NCBI GenBank assembly: GCA_002189035.1
Contig: NEEC01000013.1
Coordinates: forward strand, 2,418,001 to 2,482,000
Reading direction: 5' to 3'
Length of the DNA stretch: 64,000 bases
From: Utricularia gibba
Lineage: Eukaryota > Plantae > Magnoliophyta
Shown: piece after piece, positions 15,978 to 29,572 of the stretch
How the letters are laid out: every line of letters starts with the position of its first letter
Position numbering within the stretch: the stretch's first letter is position 1
Notes under the pieces: model-generated
Told to the model about the DNA's origin: nothing
Database searches by the model: none
The model's input: only the letters and a program-made list of their open reading frames with translations
Program-made: the position numbers and the translations under genes

Positions 15978-18451
15978 TCATTTCTTTTCATCTTTTTCAT
16001 GTGCTCCTCCTCCTTCTTCTTCTTCTTCTTCTTCTTTGCTCTGCAACCAAATTAATGAGACGAAGTTTTTTCATGCACACAAGCGGAATTCCAGAAGGGA
16101 ATGGACAACCACAACCCACCTCGGACTGACTCTGGATTGAAGCAAGCAAATCTTTGACATGAGGATCATTTGGATCAACTCCAGGGAGCTGTTAAATGGA
16201 GTACGATGCAAGAGTTGGTGGTTGAAATGGAAAAGAAACGAGAGACAATTTCACGAAACCTACAGATGCGAGAATGGAGGAAACAAAAGACTGATCAGCC
16301 AACACCCTGTTCATATCCGTCTGGCCAGACTCATCGATTGCACCCTCCTGTACAGATAACTGGAGTGCTGCAAAAACCATGAGAAGCATAAGTTGGATAA
16401 TGGCGCCTTAGGTAACTTCACTGCCATCCCATTCACGCAGGTATTACAAGTAGTAATAAAAAAGTTGAGTTCAAAAAACCACATTAGCTTTCTCATGGAA
16501 TACAAAGACATCGTCAACCGCAAAATAAGGGCCTATGTTTTTCACAAATCACAAGAAATAACTGCACAAATTCATCAAAAACTACATCATGCTCGGAGAA
16601 ACCAATGCGTTTTAAGAAAATTTTGCTAAAATGGACAAAACGAAAATGATTCAAATTAAAAATAAACACTCACCAAGCTGCAAATCATGATCTTCAGCAG
16701 ACACATCAGACATGTCAGTGTCCCGTACAGCAACCGTGGAAGAAGAATCATCCATTGACATGGCCAAAGCCCTCTGTAGTAATGCATTCTCATCATCCTG
16801 TGAGAGAAATGTTGTGACTTAGCCTGGTTCATGAACATAAAGTTGGTAGAAAAAATGACAAAAAAGAATCACTTCTTACAAAACACAACGGATGGATCCT
16901 AAAGCACTGACATAATAACTCAACTCCCCAGTATTAAAAGGAATTTTACAAACAGTAACATTATGTTTTCATTGTAAGCTCAAAAAACATTCAAGCAAAA
17001 TACCCCCTCACTAGCAAAAGGAAGAATCTTGGCATGATTTCACTATTCATCCCAACCCGGAAAAAGATAATCAATACAGAACCACTCACCATAAAATCAT
17101 GCTTCTTTTCAGGATCTGGACCTTCGGGATTCACATTCTCAGCCATCGTCACATCTTGAGATTTGGACTCAGCACCTTCCTGTTTGGCTGCATCTTCTGC
17201 AGCTTTCTTTGCAGCTGCTTCTTGTCTTGCCCTTTCCTCCTCCATTGACACTCGAAGTGCTAAAGCAAGTTCGGGATCCAGATTTGGGTCCACACCAAAT
17301 TCAAACCCAGACACTCCACCAGCAGCTGCTGCAGCAGCTGAAGCGGCAAAACCACTTCCTCCTTCTCCATCACCAGTGAAGATGGGTGTGCTGCATAGGA
17401 GAGCATAAAACCAGATAAATCTTCAATATAAGAAAGAATTGAATTTCGTAAATCCAATTCTAAACAACATATAAAACCTGATAACCACATCCGAGAGAGC
17501 ACTTGGACCAGGAGGAACATGAACTATGTGACTACTATCATTGTTATTTACTGCAGCAACCAGCGCCTCCAGTTTTTCAGTCTTCTCATCATCTTCTTCA
17601 CCGAAGTTCACAATATCAAGAGCCACACTGTTCTTTTTCAGTTTTCTACCAATCACCTCAAGCGCCTTCTTGTCATGTTTAACAGGACTGAATACACAAA
17701 AATGAATATAAAAAAAAATTTCCAAATCATTATATCGATGTCACATAAGAAGTGTTTCGACCTTCCAGCAAAAACAACTATCCTTTGTTGCTGCTTCTTG
17801 TTTTGCCGATGTTTAAGGGCTAACTGAGCAACCTGTATTCCAGCCGCCAAATTTATCTCTCCGCCAATTTCTATACCTGTGAAATAGTAGAAACCCATTG
17901 CTCATGTAGTTAGACAAAGTAACACATAAAGCCACTTGCTTCATCGGCCACACAAAACTCATATCACACACACTTCACAACAGTAAGAGTTTAAAAGTAG
18001 TAGAGCCCAACCGTGCATGCAAGCTAAGATCTTGCCAAGATCACTGGTGGGAGTGACCAAAACACGAACACCTTTTCCACCCATTGTCAAGACACCAACA
18101 GTGTTCTCAGGGTTTGACTGCAACGAAAAACGCATCTCATAAAATCATCTCTACTCGGATAAGACACAATTCATGCTTGAATTTTGAATCACGACAATAC
18201 TTGAGTTTTTGCACCACAAATTAGGTTAACTGCTTCCGCTTGCGCCTGGACACGAGTCGGAGAATAATCTCCATTCCGCATCCACTCCGAGTTGTCGATG
18301 CAGATTATGGTCGCCTGTTTCAACAGCAAATCAAATTGGAAGTCAAGCCACCATTGGCGCAAAACAATCAATTAACCCTAATCGAAACATCGTCTTAGGA
18401 CACATAGGAAGACGGAGAGAGACAGAGAAGAATACGCACCTCGAGCACCAT
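15978..18451 (-). CDS. RPN10: 26S proteasome non-ATPase regulatory subunit 4 (10 exons, intact)
   Basis: Exons 18451-18440, 18314-18201, 18117-18012, 17876-17762, 17687-17478, 17390-17090, 16797-16674, 16367-16264, 16188-16120, 16040-15978. [21 protein letters not shown] vWA domain; UIMs [15 protein letters not shown] and [14 protein letters not shown]. All phases are consistent. Confidence 0.97.
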
Positions 18452-18800
18452 GATCAATGACGCAAAGCCGTCGACGCAGAAGGAAATTGGGGCTTTCAAG
18501 CGACTGTTTCTTGCGGTACACTTCAACTGTTGGTCTCATATTTTTCAGGCGTTAAGGTTATTCTGTTATTTAAACAAAAAAACAAAATATTAAGTCAGTG
18601 GGCGGGGGTGGGAATTTTCCTAATTTTATAATCGAAAAAAAAAGGCTAATTTTCCTAAGCTTCTTATCCTCAGTTTGACGCTGAATTGGACTTGTGATGT
18701 CCGCCACCCACTCATCATCTGCAATCTGCATTACCCTTTTTTCTCTTCCTCCCACGCCATTTATCTCACCAGTCTCTCTGATTCTTGATACCCAATCAAA

Positions 18801-20775
<1,975 letters not shown>

Positions 20776-21507
20776 ATACACTCACTCCTCTCACACATGG
20801 AGAAACATTCTGCTTATCCGCTATATGCTGCTGTAAAGATTTTCTTCTATTTCTGCATCTTCCAATCTTGTGTTTGTAATCCATGTGGTTGGATATAGCA
20901 AAACAGAGAAGATCCTCTACAAAATTGTTTGCATTTTACCCAACTCTCAGTTTATGTCCAAAATTGCCATCTCCTGAACCTCCTCTCCCCTCCATGTTGA
21001 AGAAAGCAGATGGAGCACTCCAACCTTCATAATCTACATAATCCATCATCGGATTTTATATTTTAAAATGATTCAAATTTAATCAGTTTTATCATAGATA
21101 GTTTATGGTTTATTTTTTCTATTTTAGGTAAACTTGAATTTAATTTAATTTTTATTATAAATGATTTACCATTCTATTGTAGTTTTTTAAATATGATTAC
21201 ATTTACGAAATCGAAAATGGTATATGTGGTATTTGTGTATTTAGGGTTCTATAGTTGATTTGTGAGTATCTGTGGCATTCTAAATTTAATTTTAGTAAAA
21301 TTAAATTAAAATTTCATTATTATAAAGTATTTAAAAATTTGAAGTGAAAATGGAGATTGTTGTGGATAATCAAATAAATTTTAGTGGTTTTTTTTTTGGA
21401 CTAGTGAGGTGAAAAAAGCCCTAGCTAACAGGCACCTTAAATACGAAACGACAGTGAGGGAGGAAGGGAAAGCATCCGGCGGTGAGGGGCGAGGGGATAC
21501 AGTTTTC

Positions 21508-22270
21508 ATGGAGGAGGAAAAGATGACTCGATCTAGGGGAGTGGTTACCAAATTCATGGATCAGAAGGGATACGGGTTCATCCAGCCGGACGAAGGCGGC
21601 GACGATCTGTTTGTACATCAGACGGCGATCAAATCCGAGGGTTACCGAACGTTGCGCGAGGGCCAGGAGGTGGAATTCACTATTATACTCGACGGAGACA
21701 AGACTAAGGCCACTGATGTCACCGCCCCTGGCGGTGGACCCGTCGATTTGACTCCACGGCGAGGAAATGGGGGCAGCAACGCCCGCGGCGGTGGCTATGG
21801 GTTTTCGGATAGGAGGGATGATGGTAATGGATATGGGTATCGGGGCGGAGGAGGAGGAGGAGGTGAGTGCTTCAATTGTGGGGAATTCGGTCATATGGCC
21901 AGGGATTGCCACGCTGGAAGTGGGGGTATGACCGGTGGCGGAGGTCCCGGTGGTGGTGGGTGCTATACTTGTGGTGGGTATGGGCATATGGCAAGGGACT
22001 GTCCTTCAGGTGGTCGTGCCGGCAGCGGCGGCGGTGGGAGTGGGACGTGTTACAACTGCGGGGAGCCCGGGCACATTGCAAGAGACTGTATGCGTGGTGG
22101 AGGTGGAGGAGGATACAGCCGTGGTGGTGGTGGTGGTGGTGGTGGTGGTGGTGGTGGTGGTTATGGTGGCAGGTTTTCTGGGGAAACACCGGCGGGGTGG
22201 AGGAAAGTGTTATAACTGCGGGGGATATGGCCACTTCGCCAGGGACTGCAAAGAAGTGCATCGGGAGTGA
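21508..22270 (+). CDS. Cold-shock domain protein, glycine-rich with 4 CCHC zinc knuckles (intronless; two 1-nt losses before last knuckle)
   Basis: CSD: GVVTKFMDQKGYGFIQPDEGGDDLFVHQTAIKSEGYRTL. Three CX2CX4HX4C knuckles are in frame. A fourth (CYNCGGYGHFARDC, stop 22270) is in another frame and joins if one G is added to each of the G runs at 22180-22183 and 22194-22197. Confidence 0.93.
22123..22161 (+). repeat. (GGT)13 microsatellite encoding poly-Gly in the cold-shock protein
   Basis: Perfect GGT repeat read directly from the sequence. Confidence 0.95.
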
Positions 22271-23772
22271 TCTAATGATTTGACTCCTTAAAGTTTCTGT
22301 CTTTAATCGGTCATGAGCATGTGGGTCCTTTTTTCTCCTTTTGGACGGTTTAGGATGTTTGTTTTTTGCTTAACTGCTCTGAAGATTGATAACGTTTTCA
22401 TGGTGCTTATTCTGTGTAAGCATGTTTATCCTTTTGCTACTCGTTGTGGTATGCCGAACATGAGGGTTTTGTCAGTATATTCCTTAAACTTGCTGCAATG
22501 CAAGTGATGGCTCACACATCTCTCTCCTTGCGCATTTTATTCCGCTAGTAACTCATATACAATCTGTTTTGCACTTTGGATTTCTGCCCACCAGGATGGT
22601 CTGGTCTCCCCTGTCCCAAATGCAATGGGAATAGCTTAGAACCATGGATGCAGGGTATGTTTGATTGCTCTCCTATTTTCCCGAGTTCTCTATCCATACA
22701 CATAAGCCAAATCCAACTTGACCCTTTGTTGCTTCTTCCCCAAATTGTCTATACGTGTTAAAACCATCGAGCTCTTCTATACCTATGGTGTGAGATGGCT
22801 GCTACTTTCCCAAACTTCATGCTTCTGTTCTTTTTTGTTTTTCTGCAAGTACATGCTTGCTTCCTGATGAATAGTTGGTCATGCCACTGCCTATCTTCCT
22901 TTTGTGTGTTCTCCTGCATCCCTCACCCGTTTTTCGTTTGACCTTCTTCATTTCTTTGGATCTCACGGCGAGATTGCCCGTCAGCTGTGTTGCTCGCATA
23001 CCTCGCCATTGCGGATCATGCGTAGTGTACATGAAATGTAGGGAGGATATTTCCCACGTTAGGATGGTTACTGTTGTGGTTCACTTTTTATTTTTATTTT
23101 TTACAATATTTTTATAATCAATATGGATTTCTACTTAAAATCATAAATAAATCGAAATATAAATTCATTTCAACTTTAAAATATTGATTTTTTATGACTA
23201 AGATGGTACGGTCACATCTTTTTGAATCTTGAAATATTATTTAGTGAAAAATGAAATATGTTTTTTAATAAGAATTAAATTATATAATGACAATTATGAT
23301 ATCTCCATTATTTTAAATCAAAGAAATTCAACTAAGATTCGGTGGAATTTAATATAATTATTTTCATGGTGATTTAATTATGATTTTTTTAAAAATTAAT
23401 ATTATGGACCCAATTTTCAAAGTTCTTTTAACTGTTTTTAGCTAGAAACGGCTATATTAAGCCTAGGTGGTTTTTTTTTTCCTAAAAAAGATAAAGGAAA
23501 ACAATATATTAATGTTTTTTTTTTTTTTTTTCTGTGTTATGGTGGTTTTCTAAAATTAGTATGTAGTGGATAACTACGGGGGATGTCAATCTATTGAGCG
23601 GCGATGGCAGGATCTTCATCGTTTTCGCTCCTCATCTCCATCTGATCTCTCTCACGTGCCGACGAGCATTCTCTCAGGCGGAGGAGGGACGTTGACGCCT
23701 TCTTGGTGTGGGATCTTGAATTATTAACGCTTGATTTGGTAAGTGGCAACCGATTAGTGTCGAGAAACATCA

Positions 23773-25383
23773 ATGTACGCAGTCGAATCAGGATTGGGTT
23801 TCGGGCTACAGAAGCCTAGGCTGCTGCAACCATGTGTCGGTGATCTGAAACTACGAATTTCATCATCTCTAGGTTTTAAATGCTTTCAAGTTAATAGTGG
23901 GCTGTTCTTGATCAGAGCCGGGGAGAGTATGCGTAAGCACGTTGGGCCAATGGTCAACGCTAAGCCCCTCAGAGCACTGTATCGTGACGAAGATGAGGAT
24001 CTTGAGCCAGAGGAACGTACTTTATCCCCGAAACCTGTGGTAAAATCCTCTGGATCCGTGTTTCCGTATGTTGGTGTGGCGTGTTTGGGAGCAGTTTTGT
24101 TCGGGTATCATCTGGGAGTGGTGAATGGGGCTCTTGAATATCTCGCCAAGGATCTGGGTATCGCTGAGAATACTGTAATGCAGGGTTGGGTTGTTAGTGC
24201 ACTTCTTGCTGGTGCCACTGTGGGTTCATTTACAGGGGGTTCATTAGCTGATCAGTTTGGGCGAACTCGAACATTTATTCTGGACGCCATTCCGTTGACA
24301 GTAGGTGCATTACTTTGTGCCACTGCCCAAAGGGTAGAGACAATGATCGTTGGGCGGCTACTTGCTGGGATCGGCATTGGCATATCCTCCGCTATTGTGC
24401 CTCTTTACATATCTGAAATTTCGCCTACTGAGATTCGCGGCACACTTGGAACGGTGAACCAGCTGTTCATATGTATTGGGATTCTGGCAGCATTAGTAGC
24501 CGGGTTGCCTTTGGCAGGGAATCCGCTCTGGTGGAGGACAATGTTTAAACTTTCCGTTATTCCATCAGTCTTGCTAGGAGTTGGAATGGCGCTTTCCCCT
24601 GAAAGCCCACGTTGGCTTTATCAGCGAGGGAGAACATCTGATGCCCAGACATCCATAAAAACTTTGTATGGCAGAGAAGGAGTTCCAGAGGTTTTGAATG
24701 ATCTGGCCTCGGCAATTAATGGCTCTTCAGAACCAGAAGCCGGGTGGTTTGATCTCTTCACCAGTCGATATTGGAAAGTTGTGAGTGTAGGTGCATCTCT
24801 GTTCTTCTTCCAACAGTTTGCAGGAATCAATGCGGTTGTCTATTACTCCACATCCGTCTTCCGTAGCGCTGGAGTTGCATCAGACGTTGCAGCCAGTGCT
24901 CTGGTTGGGGCAGCAAACGTGCTCGGAACCACATTGGCATCCTCACTGATGGACAAAAAGGGGCGCAAAAGCCTCCTCCTTGCAAGCTTTGCAGGAATGG
25001 GTGCTTCAATGTTGCTTCTCTCATTGTCCTTCACATGGAAGGCCTTGGCACCATACGCAGGCACACTCTCCGTCCTTGGGACTGTTGCCTATGTCTTATC
25101 CTTTGCTCTGGGCGCCGGTCCGGTCCCTGCTCTCCTACTTCCCGAGATATTCGCCTCCAGGATCAGAGCAAAAGCAGTCGCCTTGTCGCTGGGGATGCAC
25201 TGGATATCCAACTTCATCATAGGGCTCTACTTCTTGAGTGTGGTGAACAGGTTTGGGATCAGCAGAGTGTACCTGGGATTTGCCTTTGTTTGTGTGCTCG
25301 GCGTTGTGTACGTGGCTCGCAATGTGGTGGAAACCAAAGGGCGATCGCTGGAGGAAATAGAGTGTGCTTTGAATCCTGCCTAG
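23773..25383 (+). CDS. pGlcT: Plastidic glucose transporter (MFS sugar porter), single uninterrupted 536-aa ORF
   Basis: Transit-like N-terminus, then GVACLGAVLFGYHLGVVNGALEYLAKDLG, DQFGRTR, PLYISEISP, PESPRWL, QQFAGINAVVYYS, PEIFASRIR, VETKGRSLEEIE. No introns. AATAAA at 25495-25500. Confidence 0.95.
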   Translation: MYAVESGLGFGLQKPRLLQPCVGDLKLRISSSLGFKCFQVNSGLFLIRAGESMRKHVGPMVNAKPLRALYRDEDEDLEPEERTLSPKPVVKSSGSVFPYVGVACLGAVLFGYHLGVVNGALEYLAKDLGIAENTVMQGWVVSALLAGATVGSFTGGSLADQFGRTRTFILDAIPLTVGALLCATAQRVETMIVGRLLAGIGIGISSAIVPLYISEISPTEIRGTLGTVNQLFICIGILAALVAGLPLAGNPLWWRTMFKLSVIPSVLLGVGMALSPESPRWLYQRGRTSDAQTSIKTLYGREGVPEVLNDLASAINGSSEPEAGWFDLFTSRYWKVVSVGASLFFFQQFAGINAVVYYSTSVFRSAGVASDVAASALVGAANVLGTTLASSLMDKKGRKSLLLASFAGMGASMLLLSLSFTWKALAPYAGTLSVLGTVAYVLSFALGAGPVPALLLPEIFASRIRAKAVALSLGMHWISNFIIGLYFLSVVNRFGISRVYLGFAFVCVLGVVYVARNVVETKGRSLEEIECALNPA

Positions 25384-25924
25384 TCGGATTCGGATTCGGA
25401 TTCTCCTTTCGAATCCCTGCAACTTCAGTTGTCGATGTTCTTTCCTTTTGTAAGGGATGAGCTTCCTGTCTGTCTGTATGTTCTTCTCCCGCTCAATAAA
25501 GCTCTTCTCTTTGGTTCAATGAAGCATGCACAGGAGAGAAGGAGATCAAGAAAAAGGGAAGAGGTAGCATATATTTTAAATTAATTGAATTATGATTTTA
25601 TCGAATTTAAATTAATATTTATTATAAATGATTCGATATTTAAAACCATTTCAATCTAATTCAATATATATTAGAAATGACTTAAATTTATTTTTTTAAA
25701 AAAATACTAAATATGATAATACAATATTTTATTACGAGCTATGTCTAAAATGAAAATATCAATAAATAATATAAGGTAATTTTTTATTTTTTTATTTTAA
25801 TTTATGAATGAATTGGAAATAGTTATACTTAGTAATGTATGAATTGTATTAATGATGTTTGTTTATAGCAAGACAAGATTTGAAGATCATTCTTTGGTCT
25901 GTCCGATCTGTCTTTTGTTGCCAG

Positions 25925-27176
25925 AGAATCTGAGGTGGTGGTGGTGGAAGGGAAAGGCAACGACAACCCTAGTGAAGGAGGTGAGCGAACGGTTATGTCT
26001 CTGAAGCGGGATGAGATGGAGCAGATTTTGATTGCCACAACTGGTATTCTGAATGAGATGAAGCAGAAAGTCGAAGATTTGGTCCAGGAAACTACTCGAC
26101 AGAGGCAAAGAGCAGCTGAGAAGGAGGAGGAACTCAACCGGGTCCGACAAGACTTTGAATCGATGAAAACCTATGTCACTAATTTGATTAGTGTAAGGGA
26201 AACCCTACTTTCATCCGAGAAGCAGTTTCAAACCATCGAGAAGCACTTCGAACGGTCAGTAGCTTTAATTTCTGGGAAAATTCGAATGGGCTAAGTTTTT
26301 TTTTTTTTTTTTTGTCTCAGAATTCTGTGATCGAACTAGTTTAGCAGTTGTACTGTCTGGGTGAATTTATTGTTACTCCCATCATTTTGCTCGCGGTTTG
26401 GTGATAATTGATAGTTCCCATCCTTTTTGTCTCTGTTCAATTATGCATTTTGGATGAAAGGGTTTTCAAATGCTTTTGTGCTGTGCATTTTTGTTGTCTG
26501 CAAAGTACTTCTTCTTGTGAAGCAGGGCTTCTGAATTTCCTAATTGGGAAACCATCAAAGAAAGATCCGTTCTTCCTGTTTTGATTCATTCTCTTTTGCA
26601 AGTGAGGTGGTGCATATAGAATTATACACCTATGAAGTGTTTAAAAAGAGAACTAGCGAGGTAAAAGAAAGGTTAGATGGTCATATGCGGTCCATTTTCA
26701 GATTTATAAGTTTCCATTTACTTTTTGAACATCACTATAACATCTAAACAGGTTTTCCCGCTGGATTCAGCTTCCATTTGGTCTTTTTCTACGTGTTTGT
26801 TCCCTTTTCTCTTCTCCTCTGGAACCATCGCCGTTTTTAGAATCTCGTGTTGTGGGTTCTGCCTAATCCCTTTGCACGCACTGTTCTGTTTGCTATTGGA
26901 GTATTGTGTATTTGATTCCCACCAAAAATTTATTACTGAAACAGCTGTTTTAAGGGCGAGCAGCACCAAGCCTTTATTTTTGTCTTATTGCTTACATGCA
27001 GGCTGGTAGAAAAAACCAGTCAACTGGAGAATGAGAAGATGCAGAAGGAAGCTGAGGTCCAGAGACTGATGGCAGAGAACGTACGCCTGGTTGCTTTACT
27101 TGACAAGAAAGAGGCCCAACTCATCGCCATGAGTGAGCAGTTCAAGGTTATGGCACTCGGTGGCTCTTCCATTTAG
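25925..27176 (+). CDS. Coiled-coil protein resembling the C-terminal half of plant kinectin-related proteins (2 exons; 5' end uncertain)
   Basis: Exons ~25925-26254 and 27002-27176 (phase 2, GT-AG). Conserved-looking LISVRETLLSSEKQFQTIEK and LLDKKEAQL.AM.EQ.KVMAL. First in-frame ATG only at 25995; in-frame stop at 25881. Family recalled, not verified. Confidence 0.75.
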
Positions 27177-27920
27177 ATTCAGCCTGCTGCCCCATCTACT
27201 CTAAACCTTTTTCTTCGGCAATGGATCTTGCTGTCAGGGCTCTCAGGGATCGACTTGATCAAAGGGCCGATGCCGCTAGCTTGTTTGTTCCATTTTTCTG
27301 CAATCTTTCGATGCAGTGGACCTGTTCCAATGGCTTTACAGTTTACACCACTTAGCTGTACAGCAAACAGCTCCTCATTGCATATAATAATAATACTTAA
27401 TTCATTACTGACTTCACTGCAATCATTTCATGGAAAACATTTTACCATCAAGCACAGGAGTGAGATAAATCAGTAGTTATTCTTGGGTCTCCTTGATTGT
27501 GTCAATGGATTAGATATCAGAGGTTTGCTCAAAGCCACTCAAGTGTAGGAGAGAGATGCAGGACATCTTGGGTACACTCTCTTCCCTTTTCAATCAATTC
27601 CTCCTCCTTGATGCTGACCTTCTATCATTCTAAGAGTCCCATTCCTGATATTCTGTGTCCCACGCTGCTTCTTGTTGTTGAGCCTGGTGTGTTCTCATTT
27701 GAGTTGAGTCTGTTGTGGTGTTCCTTTCAATGATTGCTTCTGCATCTTCATCTTTCCTCTGCCTCCACCAATCCTGAAGTGTCTTACACCGTTCCTCACA
27801 GGAGTGCAGGTCTGAAACTAATGGCACTTCATGTGCTTTTTTGATCTGATCTCAGTGAACTCATTTTTTCTTCGTATGAAGAAGCAACAGCTTGAGGATT
27901 AGGAACAGAGCCGCAGTGAC

Positions 27921-27984
27921 TGGGCTTCGCTTTTCTGTGGCATCGAATTGGGTTAAGTTGATGGGCCTCATGTTAAGGGGCCCA
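27921..27984. promoter_or_regulatory. Cluster of three site II (TGGGCY) elements upstream of the parvulin gene
   Basis: tgggct 27921-27926, tgggcc 27962-27967, ggccca 27979-27984, ~100-170 bp upstream of the Pin1 reading frame. Typical of TCP-bound housekeeping promoters. Confidence 0.55.
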
Positions 27985-28088
27985 CACGAAAACCTATTTC
28001 TTTGATTAACAATTTTTATTTATTTACCTTTTCTCATTGAATTCAATTGCCGCAACAAATTTCCCGGTGGGTGCGCGTCATCGGCAAA

Positions 28089-29137
28089 ATAGATTCCAGG
28101 GACAAGAAGAGGAAGAAGTCGGCTGATGGAGCCGACAGCAAGAAGCAGAATCAGCCGAGGCCGCCGCATACCGGGAGCAAGAAAACGAAGACTCACAGTT
28201 CATCGTCGGACAAAGTTAGGGCTTATCATATATTGATTAAGCACCAGGGTTCTCGTCGCAAATCCTCTTGGAAGGATCCTGACGGCACCCTCATCTCCGC
28301 CACAACCCGTAACGATGCTATTTCCCAGCTCCGTGATCTGCGTGCGCGGATTCTTTCCGGAGACTCCACTTTTCAGGACATCGCTTCACAACACTCACAC
28401 TGCAGCTCTGCTAAGCGAGGCGGGGATCTCGGTTAGTTTTCACGCTATTTCTCCCTCTGATAGCTCTTTCTTTTCTTGCCTGTTGTGAAATGTGCGTTTT
28501 TGCGGAAGAAACATGGCATCCTCAAATAAAAACCACCGTTAAATTTGAGGGATATGCAGATCTGTGAACAGTAGTCCTTTCAATCTGAGCTTGGCCAGCT
28601 GAGCCACCAGTTTTATGTAAAAAGGGAACCTTTCAAGTGGGAACTGATCAGTGAAAATTGCATGAACAAGTTTTGCTGATTTTTAGAGATACAATGCACA
28701 TCTTGCACCATCTATTTCATTCCTGAACTGTATCCCAGAGAAAACTTCGGTGTCTACGAAGAGCTGCTCTTTTTTGCAGCAAGTGGGGTGTATCCTAAAC
28801 ATTCCTTATAGGAACATGTTCTGTATTCCGGATTTTTCAATGATATCTATTCACATAGCCTGCCTCCAAATTCTAGCCTGAGAACATGACCAATGGTGCT
28901 GTAAGCTAGAGTCAAGAGATAAAAGCGTGTGTCTTTTACTCTACTCTCCGGATTCCAGTTTCGTTTGCTGCCCCTGATAGGAAGTCTAATGTTTTTATAA
29001 ATGTGAATGCAGGTTCCTTTGGGAGGGGCCAAATGCAAAAGCCCTTCGAGGAAGCAGCTTTCAGTTTGAAGGTTGGGGAGCTAAGTGATATTGTGGAGAC
29101 GGATAGTGGAGCTCATATCATTATGAGAGCTGCCTGA
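28089..29137 (+). CDS. Pin1-type peptidyl-prolyl cis-trans isomerase (parvulin), 2 exons; start codon unresolved
   Basis: Exons ~28089-28431 and 29013-29137. Motifs [64 protein letters not shown]. No in-frame ATG precedes the domain. Confidence 0.88.
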
Positions 29138-29572
29138 TCAGATCTCCTCATTAGATCATGGAGAAGCATGCAGTGATTGCAAATCCATGCATTTTTTGTT
29201 CCCAGGATCTGTTAAGTGGAAAGGCATCCAGCGTTTGAACTGCGCTTCAACTACTTGTATCATGTGGAATTGATGCGTTGCTAGAACTGTTCAACTTTGT
29301 AGTTTGGAATATCAACAGCCTGCATCACAATAGAACATGAATACACATGTTATCCCACAAAACAGAAAGCAAATGAAGATGATTAGGAAGCATGGAATGG
29401 TGACCTTGCAGGTGGGTGCATGGAACCAGTTAGTCAAAAATACCGAATCAATTGAATAATCAAATATTCAGTTTTTATCATAAAAAGCAAAAGGCTGATA
29501 CTTGAGAATGAAAAAGTTTCTGCTAGATCCCTTATTTCCCTGGGATTGTATGCTATTCAACCAGACCTGGCT

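Noticed and set aside
21421-22283. Long antisense and alternate-frame ORFs over the cold-shock gene, including a poly-His ORF
   Set aside because: Mirror images of the stop-poor Gly-rich and (GGT)n sequence.
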